A stretch of DNA of 64,000 nt from Mesorhizobium sp. (GTDB lineage: Bacteria > Pseudomonadota > Alphaproteobacteria > Rhizobiales > Rhizobiaceae): assembly GCF_965229135.1 (NCBI RefSeq), contig NZ_OZ245860.1:1231849-1295848 (forward strand). The letters are read 5' to 3'. Position numbers and translations under genes: made by a program. This document shows, in pieces, positions 9,327 to 16,675 of this stretch (positions are counted from its first letter, which is position 1; the number at the start of each line of letters is the position of its first letter). The notes beneath the pieces are model-generated. The model was not told the DNA's origin. It worked only from the letters and a program-made list of their open reading frames with translations, and made no database searches.

Positions 9327-9344
9327 AGCGTCGGAAATTACTCA
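9327..9344 (-). promoter_or_regulatory. island motif copy F (TGAGTAATTTCCGACGCT) with -10-like TATACT at 9298-9303
   Basis: Co-oriented with the CYTH-CHAD gene (start 9209). 23-nt gap to the hexamer. Confidence 0.5.
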
Positions 9345-9460
9345 CGCCAGATCTCCGGCGGATGGCCGACCCACCCAAAGTTCTTCCGCGCCGATGCCAG
9401 CCGGCCCTCGCTTCGGAGCGGCTCCGGGACGGTTCGGCACGAAATGCCCGACGCAAAGTC

Positions 9461-9883
9461 TCAACCCTCGCCTTTGCCCCGGCCGATTGTTTTTCGTGGC
9501 TCGGGCAGCAAGGACGGCTCGTCGGTGGATGCCCTGCCCAGCGCGCTTGCAACGGCACGTGCTAGGTCGGATTCGCGATATGGCTTCTGAATCACCACAG
9601 CGCGCGGGTCGCGGCGGCAGTTCGTCAGGATGTCGCCAGTCGCGAAGATGTGCGGAATGAAAGTTGACTTGAGGATTTCCTCTACCGCCGCGATGCCGCT
9701 TCCCATACTCAGACGTACGTCCACGATCATCACATCCGGCCTCGTCGCCAAAGCCGCTTTTACCGTCTCTTCTTGTGTCTGGGCAGACGCGCATACCGTG
9801 TGCCCCATCTCTTCAAGCATCTCGACAAGCATCATGCTTATGAATGGGTCGTCTTCAGCGACCAGGATACGAAGGCTACTCAT
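9461..9883 (-). CDS. single-domain response regulator (receiver only)
   Basis: MSSLRILVAEDDPFISMMLVEMLEEMGH...PDVMIVDVRL... shows the acidic pocket and phospho-acceptor Asp context. No output domain. Confidence 0.9.
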   Translation of the reverse strand: MSSLRILVAEDDPFISMMLVEMLEEMGHTVCASAQTQEETVKAALATRPDVMIVDVRLSMGSGIAAVEEILKSTFIPHIFATGDILTNCRRDPRAVVIQKPYRESDLARAVASALGRASTDEPSLLPEPRKTIGRGKGEG

Positions 9884-10068
9884 GCGAGTGGCTCTCCGCC
9901 CGCTCCGCCTTCATTGATCCAGGCCTCTATCTGGAGGCGCTGCAGCAGCTTCAATCTGCCATCCCGTCGACGATCGGTTGTTTCGTCACCCGGCTGGGTA
10001 TAGTCGTGGCGCGACCAAACCACCATCTGTGCCCTCGACTGTTCTGGAACTGGCTGCATTTCGTTCAT
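9880..10068 (-). CDS. small hypothetical protein (62 aa), translationally coupled to the response regulator
   Basis: Its stop overlaps the regulator ATG (ATGA at 9880-9883). Weak RBS. No family recognised. Confidence 0.45.
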   Translation of the reverse strand: MNEMQPVPEQSRAQMVVWSRHDYTQPGDETTDRRRDGRLKLLQRLQIEAWINEGGAGGEPLA

Positions 10069-10345
10069 CTAAAAACTTCTTATCCGTTGTATCTTGGCGC
10101 TAAGCCCATATTGAAATCCGAGCCGCGCCAAATATGGCTCCAGAGAGCCGAGCGAGGCTAAAGCCCTTGGTCCCACTTTTTGTCCGTGGCCGGCCACGAA
10201 GGATGGCGGAGGGGACGGCCATTCGCAGCCGGCCACGTGACGGTCATGAACGGCGCCTCATAGGTTCGTTCAGGATCAGGAAGCTGGCGCAGAGCGGCGC
10301 GGCAAACCCGACCATAGGATCATACGCCTTGCCGTCGATATCGGC

Positions 10346-10363
10346 AGCGTCGGAAACTACTCA
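10346..10363 (-). promoter_or_regulatory. island motif copy G (TGAGTAGTTTCCGACGCT) with -10-like TATGAT at 10319-10324
   Basis: Co-oriented with the sORF/response-regulator pair. 21-nt gap to the hexamer. Confidence 0.5.
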
Positions 10364-10455
10364 TGCAATTTTGCTAAGTCTTAGGTCGGATGCGCCGGCC
10401 CCGTTTTGGCTATCGTGTCCGTTCACGCAACAGTGTTTCCGTGCGACGAAACCCT

Positions 10456-10481
10456 GGAACTTGCACGCCCCCTGCAACGTT
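10456..10481 (+). promoter_or_regulatory. EcfG-type (general stress response ECF sigma) promoter: GGAAC-N17-CGTT
   Basis: GGAAC at 10456-10460, a 17-nt spacer, and CGTT at 10478-10481. It lies about 170 nt upstream of, and is co-oriented with, the hybrid kinase start at 10652. This is an exact match to the alphaproteobacterial EcfG consensus GGAAC-N16-17-CGTT. Confidence 0.55.
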
Positions 10482-10651
10482 AGCGGTGGACGAGATCGAG
10501 AATCGATTTCAATCAAAATGATTTCCGCGAACGCACCGTAGGCTCCTAAGCGTCCCTTGGCCACCAATCTCAAGCGTTGCTGTGCGGCGATGATACCAGT
10601 GCTAAACTCGGATTGCCCGTTCCCTGCGGAGCTGGCCCAAAGGAACCCAAA

Positions 10652-13600
10652 ATGCCTGGGACCACACCCGACCATGCGGAGACGGCGCGACCGTCGCCGA
10701 GCGGGTCCTTGCTCGCGGACGCCTTTGATCCGACCAATTTCCGAGTTGTCGCCATAGGCGCCTCCGCAGGAGGATTGGAGGCTTGTCAAAAGCTGCTGGA
10801 TGCCCTTCCGACAAAGCCGGACATGTCATTTCTGCTGGTACAGCATCTGGATCCCTCGCATAAAAGTCTGATGGCCGAGTTGCTCGGCCACCATACGACC
10901 ATGACAATTGCAGAGGCAGCCAACGGCACGGCAATCGAACCGAACCACCTTTATGTGATACAGCCCGGAACATATCTGGCCGTAAAGAACGAGACATTGG
11001 TCGTGTCCAAACCCAGCGCGCCCCACGGAGCGCGCTTGCCGTTCGACTTCCTGCTGAACGCGGTTGCCAACGAGTATGGCGCAAGAGCCATCTGCGTCGT
11101 ACTTTCAGGAACAGGCGACGACGGCAGCGTCGGACTGAGGGGAATAAGCGCCAGAGGCGGCCTGGTCATAGCGCAGGATCCGCAGGAAGCAACGTTCGAC
11201 GGCATGCCCCGAAGCGCCATAGCCACAGGCCTTGTAGACCTCGTCATGCCTGTCGGGCGGATCGCCGAAGCGCTGGTTGCCAGAACCGCACCGTCTACCC
11301 ATGACATTATCGAACCACTCGATACCCCATCAACCGAGCGCGCGCGCGCTGAGATCATCGAATACCTGCGCACTCAAACCGGGCACGATTTCACGCATTA
11401 CAAGACCGGGACTCTCCAGCGCCGCATCGAGCGGCGCATGGGCATGGCTGCGGTCAAGTTCGACGACATGACCGACTATCTGACGCATATCAAACAGGAC
11501 GAGGCCGAAAGCAACGCACTGGCCAAGGACCTTCTCATCCATGTCACGCGTTTCTTCCGTGACCCCGAGATATTCGAATTTCTGACCAGGGAAATCATTC
11601 CGGGTCTGGTAAAAGCCGCGGCCCCGGAGCGCGCGCTCCGGATATGGATCGCTGGCTGCAGCACTGGCGAAGAGGCGTACTCCCTTGCCATTCTGTTCAG
11701 GGAGGCAATCGATGCCGTCGACAGCCGATCGAAGCTGCATGTATTCGCCTCGGACATAGAAGCCGACGCCATCGCAACGGCACGCGAGGGCTTCTACGGG
11801 CATGCGATCAACGCTGACATTTCGGAAGAGCGGCTCGCCAAGTTCTTTTGCCGGGAAGACACTGGCTACCGTGTCTTGGCCGAGCTGCGCGCTACGGTCG
11901 TCTTCACGGTGCAGAACATCCTGTCAGATCCGCCCTTCTCCAGACTGGACTTCATTTCCTGCCGCAACATGCTGATCTATCTCGGGCCAGATGCCCAGAA
12001 GAAGGCTATCGCGCTGTTTCACTTCGCGCTCAATGACGGCGGAATGCTTTTCCTGGGAAGCGCGGAGACGGTCGGCAACGCGGAGGGCCGCTTTGAAGCC
12101 GTAGCCAAGTCCCAGCGGGTCTACCGGCATATTGGCCGAAGCCGCCCCGGCGTGTTCGCTTTTCCGTTGGCCGCCGGCGCGGTCGATATGTCGCCTTCCA
12201 GGCTTGGGCAGCGCCGCACCCTGTCTCGCCAGGCAACGCTCGGCGAACTCTGTCGTCAGATGATACTGGAATCCCATGCGCCGGCGGCAGTGGTGATCAA
12301 TCGCAAGAATGACTGCCTGTATGCCGTTGGTCCAATCGACCGTTACCTGAGCGTGGCTCAAGGGTCGCCAACACTTGATCTGCTCGCGCTCTCGCGGAAG
12401 GGCATTCGCAACAAAGTTCGAGCGGCTGTTCAGCAAGCTGTGCAGACAAATGCTCGTGTTCGACTTTCGGGCGGACAATCCGAGCGCGACGGGGTCGCGA
12501 TTTCGCTGAGCATCGACGTCCAACCCTTCATAAGCGAGGGCGAAGACCTTCTGCTTGTTTGCTTTCATGAACAGGCATCTCGCGCGGTGCATGGCGCATC
12601 TGCCCTGCCTGAGGACGTACCGCGTATAGCTGAACTAGAGCTGGAACTCGACGACACTCGAACGGAACTTCAGAATGCCATTCGCAACCTGGAGATATCC
12701 GGCGAGGAACAGAAAGCCATCAACGACGAGACGCTCTCGGTCAACGAGGAGTATCAATCGACGAACGAGGAGTTGCTGACCTCGAAGGAGGAGTTGCAGT
12801 CGCTCAACGAAGAGCTGACGGCCCTCAACAGTCAACTTCAGGAAACGCTGGAACATCAGCGCACGCTGTCCAACGACCTTCAGAACGTGCTGAACAGCAC
12901 GGATATAGCGACCGTATTTCTCGACCGGGATCTCAATATCCGTTTCTTCACGCCGGCGACGAAGCAGCTTTTCAACGTCATTCCAGGCGATGTGGGACGC
13001 CCCCTTGCCGACCTGGCCTCGATGGCGACCGACACCGCACTTCTGATAGATGCCCGCACGGTGCTTGAATCACTCGCCCCCATCGAAAGCGAGATCGAAG
13101 CAGCCGACGGCACTTGGTACATGCGGCGGATCCAGCCGTATCGGACGCAGGACAACCGCGTTGAAGGCGTGGTGATCACATTCGCTGATATCACCAACCG
13201 ACGGCACGACGCGGACGCCCTGATCGCCGCCAAGCGCGAGGCTGAACAGGCGACCGCGGCGAAGTCGAGGTTCCTTGCGGCCGCAAGCCACGATCTTCGC
13301 CAGCCGCTCCAGACACTGACCTTGGTGCAAGGCCTGCTTGCCAGGACGGCCAAGGGCGAGAAGCAGGAGAGACTGATCGCGCGTTTCGATGAAACGCTCG
13401 ATGCCATGACCGGGATGCTCAACGCCCTGCTCAACATCAATCAGATCGAAGCCGGCATCGTTCGAGGCGAAATCACGAATTTCGCGGTTGGCGACCTGCT
13501 GTCCAGGCTTGGACGTGAGTTTGTCTATCTCGCTCAGGCAAAGAAATTAGAACTGCGCCTCGTCACGACCAATTTGCGGGTCCGCAGCGACCCGCATCTT

Positions 13601-15040
13601 CTCGAACAGATTATCAGAAACCTGGCAGCCAACGCCTTGAAATATACCAAATACGGCAAGGTGTTGATCGGTTGTCGCCGTCACCTCGGCAAAGTCAGTA
13701 TCGAAGTGTGGCATACAGGACCAGGCATCGAGGGCGATGACTTGCAGGCAATCTTCGACGAGTACTACCAGATCGACAACGCTGCTCGTGAGACAAGCAA
13801 GGGGCTAGGCCTTGGCTTGTCGATCGTCAAGCGTCTCAGCGACCTGCTCGGTCACGACGTGCGTGTTCATTCGATCCTCGGAAAGGGCTCGGTCTTCGCG
13901 ATCGAAATCCCGCTTGCCGCGGACGAAGCTGAAGGCACGGAAGACAAGGTTGCAAAGCAAGAGATCACATCGCTTCCGACGGAACGACTCGCCGCCGGTG
14001 CGATTCTCGTGGTGGAAGATGATCCGGAAGTCCTTGAAATGCTTGAAGACCTGCTGAAGGACTCCGGCCACCATGTGCTGGTCGCTCCTGATGGTGCGTC
14101 CGCGCTTGAACTGACGCTGCATGGGGCCATCAGGCCCGACATCATCCTGGCGGATTTTGGGCTGCCGGGAAAAATGGACGGTGTGAGAACGGCAATTACG
14201 CTTCGCGAAAAGCTCCACAGGTCGGTTCCAGTGATCATACTCACCGGCGACATTTCCGCCGACACCTTGCGGGTTATCGCACAGAATGGGTTTGCACAGC
14301 TCCATAAGCCCGTCCGACTGCAGGACCTGACCAGCCTTATCCAACGTCTCTTATCCGACGAACGCGCATCATCTTTAGTTGCCGAAGAACGCGCGGAAGC
14401 GAACGAGGCGGTCGCGGCGCCGACGATCCACATCGTGGACGACGACACAAACATTCGTGAAAAGATCAAACGTGTGTTCGAGGATGACGGATACATAATG
14501 GAGACCTACGAGAGCTGCGAGGCTTTCCTCGAAAGCAGCAAGAGGAACCTTCCGGAATGTCTGCTGCTCGATGCCTACCTGCCGGGAATGAGCGGGTTGC
14601 AGCTCCTTGAAAGACTGCGTCAGCGGGGCGATGTCCTTCCCTCGATCATGATCACCGGCGAGAGCGATGTGTCGATCGCGGTGGAAGCCATGAAAGCAGG
14701 GGTTTCCGATTTCATCGAGAAGCCGATCGGCCTCACGGAATTGCGTGCCAGCGTACACCACGCGCTCAATCTGGCACGGGATTCGAACAGGCGGGCCCTG
14801 TCGCAGGAATCAGCCGCGTTGCACATGGCTGAGTTGACCCTGAGACAGCGCCAGATCATGGATCTCGTGCTGGCAGGCCACCCCAGCAAGAACATCGCCG
14901 CTGACCTCGGAATCAGCCAGCGGACGGTTGAGAACCATCGCGCGGCCATCATGAAGAAGACAGGCTCGAAGTCGCTACCGGCGCTCGCAAGGCTCGCGGT
15001 CACGGCTGTCAAAGTTCCAACGGAAACCAAGGTCTCCTGA
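10652..15040 (+). CDS. CheB methylesterase - CheR methyltransferase - PAS - coiled coil - PAS - histidine kinase - receiver - FixJ-type receiver - LuxR HTH fusion protein
   Basis: Domain evidence in order:
- CheB-like: VVAIGASAGGLEAC...GTGDDGS.
- CheR-like: IWIAGCSTGEEAYSLAILF...CRNMLIYL.
- Coiled coil: NEEYQSTNEELLTSKEELQSLNEEL.
- HisKA: FLAAASHDLRQPLQTL.
- HATPase: GLGLGLSIVKRL.
- REC1: ILVVEDDPEV...ILADFGLPG.
- REC2: IHIVDDDTNI...LLLDAYLPGMSG.
- LuxR HTH: LTLRQRQIMDLVLAGHPSKNIAADLGISQRTVENHRAAIMKK.
The ATG at 10652 has AGGA 7 nt upstream; the track start at 10577 is less likely. Confidence 0.9.
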   Translation: MPGTTPDHAETARPSPSGSLLADAFDPTNFRVVAIGASAGGLEACQKLLDALPTKPDMSFLLVQHLDPSHKSLMAELLGHHTTMTIAEAANGTAIEPNHLYVIQPGTYLAVKNETLVVSKPSAPHGARLPFDFLLNAVANEYGARAICVVLSGTGDDGSVGLRGISARGGLVIAQDPQEATFDGMPRSAIATGLVDLVMPVGRIAEALVARTAPSTHDIIEPLDTPSTERARAEIIEYLRTQTGHDFTHYKTGTLQRRIERRMGMAAVKFDDMTDYLTHIKQDEAESNALAKDLLIHVTRFFRDPEIFEFLTREIIPGLVKAAAPERALRIWIAGCSTGEEAYSLAILFREAIDAVDSRSKLHVFASDIEADAIATAREGFYGHAINADISEERLAKFFCREDTGYRVLAELRATVVFTVQNILSDPPFSRLDFISCRNMLIYLGPDAQKKAIALFHFALNDGGMLFLGSAETVGNAEGRFEAVAKSQRVYRHIGRSRPGVFAFPLAAGAVDMSPSRLGQRRTLSRQATLGELCRQMILESHAPAAVVINRKNDCLYAVGPIDRYLSVAQGSPTLDLLALSRKGIRNKVRAAVQQAVQTNARVRLSGGQSERDGVAISLSIDVQPFISEGEDLLLVCFHEQASRAVHGASALPEDVPRIAELELELDDTRTELQNAIRNLEISGEEQKAINDETLSVNEEYQSTNEELLTSKEELQSLNEELTALNSQLQETLEHQRTLSNDLQNVLNSTDIATVFLDRDLNIRFFTPATKQLFNVIPGDVGRPLADLASMATDTALLIDARTVLESLAPIESEIEAADGTWYMRRIQPYRTQDNRVEGVVITFADITNRRHDADALIAAKREAEQATAAKSRFLAAASHDLRQPLQTLTLVQGLLARTAKGEKQERLIARFDETLDAMTGMLNALLNINQIEAGIVRGEITNFAVGDLLSRLGREFVYLAQAKKLELRLVTTNLRVRSDPHLLEQIIRNLAANALKYTKYGKVLIGCRRHLGKVSIEVWHTGPGIEGDDLQAIFDEYYQIDNAARETSKGLGLGLSIVKRLSDLLGHDVRVHSILGKGSVFAIEIPLAADEAEGTEDKVAKQEITSLPTERLAAGAILVVEDDPEVLEMLEDLLKDSGHHVLVAPDGASALELTLHGAIRPDIILADFGLPGKMDGVRTAITLREKLHRSVPVIILTGDISADTLRVIAQNGFAQLHKPVRLQDLTSLIQRLLSDERASSLVAEERAEANEAVAAPTIHIVDDDTNIREKIKRVFEDDGYIMETYESCEAFLESSKRNLPECLLLDAYLPGMSGLQLLERLRQRGDVLPSIMITGESDVSIAVEAMKAGVSDFIEKPIGLTELRASVHHALNLARDSNRRALSQESAALHMAELTLRQRQIMDLVLAGHPSKNIAADLGISQRTVENHRAAIMKKTGSKSLPALARLAVTAVKVPTETKVS

Positions 15041-15055
15041 GACCGTCCTAGCTAC

Positions 15056-15073
15056 TGAGTAGTTTCCGACCCT
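15056..15073 (+). promoter_or_regulatory. island motif copy C (TGAGTAGTTTCCGACCCT) with -10-like TAACAT at 15097-15102
   Basis: Lies 16 nt after the kinase stop and is co-oriented with the 52-aa ORF at 15171. 23-nt gap to the hexamer. Confidence 0.5.
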
Positions 15074-15170
15074 GTGTCCGCCAGGCGGAAACGCGGTAAC
15101 ATCCGGTCGTTGCGCGAGCGAACTATTGCATGGGTACATGCCTGAACCCCTTATCAAGCAGGAGCGTGCG

Positions 15171-15329
15171 ATGCCAAACAGATACGACAATTTCGTGCGT
15201 CGAGAGAATATCAAGAATTTCGAAGAGAAGTTGAGCACGGAAACCGACCCGGAAAGACGCAATCTGCTTCTTAAATTGCTGTCCGAGGAGGCTGCTGGCA
15301 GATTTTTGATCGTTAGTCTAACACCATGA
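15171..15329 (+). CDS. small conserved-looking hypothetical protein (52 aa)
   Basis: MPNRYDNFVRRENIKNFEEKLSTETDPERRNLLLKLLSEEAAG... with AGGAG 5 nt upstream of the ATG. It resembles small helical proteins common in Rhizobiales; that comparison is from memory and not verifiable here. Confidence 0.55.
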   Translation: MPNRYDNFVRRENIKNFEEKLSTETDPERRNLLLKLLSEEAAGRFLIVSLTP

Positions 15330-15439
15330 TTGCTCACTCCGGTGCCACACCCCCTCCCTGCGCTCGCCAGACTGGCACTTTTGCCGCCAAGACCAAGACG
15401 AACGCTTGACGCGAGACCGTCGCGTTCGATGTTGAAATC

Positions 15440-15577
15440 GCCTTGCCTTCGCGCGCCGGCGCCACAAATCGTGGTCTTGGTGATCTTGACGATGGCGTCG
15501 GTGGGCGCCGGGATCGATGGTTTGGGCCGCTCTTCAAGCGACTTTCTGCCAAGTCCCGAGTAGACAAGTGCTTTCAT
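15440..15577 (-). pseudogene. remnant of a Zn-dependent alcohol dehydrogenase (N-terminal ~45 codons only)
   Basis: Minus-strand ATG at 15577 gives MKALVYSGLGRKSLEERPKPSIPAPTDAIVKITKTTICG, the canonical MDR/ADH N-terminus up to the catalytic Cys. After that the similarity collapses and no ADH body follows. Confidence 0.5.
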
Positions 15578-15660
15578 TGCTTGGTGCCGATCATTCGGTT
15601 TCGTGCAGGTGCCATGCTGGTTGTCGGCTAGATCGTATTGGCGGGAACCGCCGCCGGGAA

Positions 15661-15678
15661 AGCACCGGAAACTACCTA
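15661..15678 (-). promoter_or_regulatory. island motif copy D (TAGGTAGTTTCCGGTGCT) with -10-like TACGAT at 15632-15637
   Basis: Co-oriented with the ADH remnant (ATG at 15577). 23-nt gap. It shares the extended form GAAAGCAYCGGAAACTACCTASGG with copy A. Confidence 0.5.
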
Positions 15679-15740
15679 GGGGCATTGCCGTCAGGCTCTC
15701 GAAAACAGCCGCGGCGACTGACGCTGGACAGGTCCTTTTT

Positions 15741-15758
15741 TGAGTAGTTTCCGAACCT
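15741..15758 (+). promoter_or_regulatory. island motif copy E (TGAGTAGTTTCCGAACCT) with -10-like TAATGT at 15781-15786
   Basis: Back-to-back with copy D and co-oriented with the gene at 15906. 22-nt gap. Confidence 0.5.
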
Positions 15759-15905
15759 GCTCCCCAGTGACCAACCCGCCTAATGTCGCGTCTCCGTGTC
15801 AGCAGGCGCACGCCCTGAAAGCGGGGCGTTGCGTGACTGTAACATATTGAAAAGGCTCTCGGATCAGGTGCCGGGAGAAGCCTTTCCATCCAAAGGAGAA
15901 CGAGA

Positions 15906-16466
15906 ATGAAGACCATGACAGACGCTGCCGTCGCCATATTCCCCGATCACGAAGCGGCGGAATCGGCCGTTAAACAACTAAGTGCCGCAGGATTTGCAAT
16001 CGGCAGCTTGAGCGTCGTGGGCAAGGGCTACCACACCGACGAGAAGGTCGTGGGCTTCTACAACGCCGGCGACCGCATCACGTTCTGGGGAACGCGCGGT
16101 GCTTTCTGGGGCGGCCTGTGGGGCCTGTTTCTGGGCGGCATGTTCATAACGCTACCGCTGGTCGGACCGGTGGTAGCGGTGGGCTATTTCGCTGCAGCCT
16201 GGATTGCCGCGTTGGAGAGCGCGCTTGTCGTCGGCGGCTTGAGCGCACTTGGCGCGGCGCTCTACAGCATCGGCGTGCCCAAGGACAGCGTCATCCAGTA
16301 TGACAGCGCGATCAAGGCCGACAGCTTCATTGTGATGGCTCATGGAACACCTGAAGAAGCGACTCGAGCCAAGGCTATCCTCGGCACCTTGAAGCCATCG
16401 CGCCTTGATGTGCATTCCGGCCTTGGCAAGAAGCACGCCGCCGAGCTTGCCCTCGCAAACGGCTAG
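15906..16466 (+). CDS. general stress protein 17M-like / DUF1269-type membrane protein
   Basis: N-terminal soluble domain (AVAIFPDHEAAESAVKQLSAAGF), then glycine-zipper TM segments (FWGGLWGLFLGGMFITLPLVGPVVAVGYF). AAAGGAGAA RBS. Confidence 0.8.
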   Translation: MKTMTDAAVAIFPDHEAAESAVKQLSAAGFAIGSLSVVGKGYHTDEKVVGFYNAGDRITFWGTRGAFWGGLWGLFLGGMFITLPLVGPVVAVGYFAAAWIAALESALVVGGLSALGAALYSIGVPKDSVIQYDSAIKADSFIVMAHGTPEEATRAKAILGTLKPSRLDVHSGLGKKHAAELALANG

Positions 16467-16675
16467 CCGAGGTTCTGGTTTGCGCGCGATTACATGAAAT
16501 CGCTCAGGACACAGCCCGCCGAGCCTCGCCGAGGTTGGGTGGGCTTTCACGTCCTGGAAAGCCTTGAAGGACGAATGCCCCGCGCTCTCGTCGAGAGCGG
16601 CCTTGTCGGAAGATCGACTGGCTGAGAGCGGCAGTGCCCGGGGCCACTAACGGCATCATCTGCCTCCCGGCACGT

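Noticed and set aside
10431-10447. CAGTGTTTCCGTGCGAC upstream of the hybrid kinase, as a ninth (degenerate) motif copy.
   Set aside because: It shares only TTTCCG plus a few flanking bases and needs a 1-nt gap to align. The expected -10 position coincides with the EcfG -10 element. This is too weak to call.
15031-15044. Palindrome GGTCTCCTGAGACC overlapping the kinase stop codon, as a terminator.
   Set aside because: The loop would be only 2 nt and there is no U-tract. It is unlikely to fold as a terminator hairpin.
14975-15937. 320-aa minus-strand ORF spanning the region between the hybrid kinase and the GSP17M-like gene.
   Set aside because: It is a chimera of non-coding sequence. Only about 40 residues (the ADH N-terminus) look protein-like. 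It overlaps the well-supported 52-aa gene and three promoter motifs. Only the ADH stub was kept, as a pseudogene.
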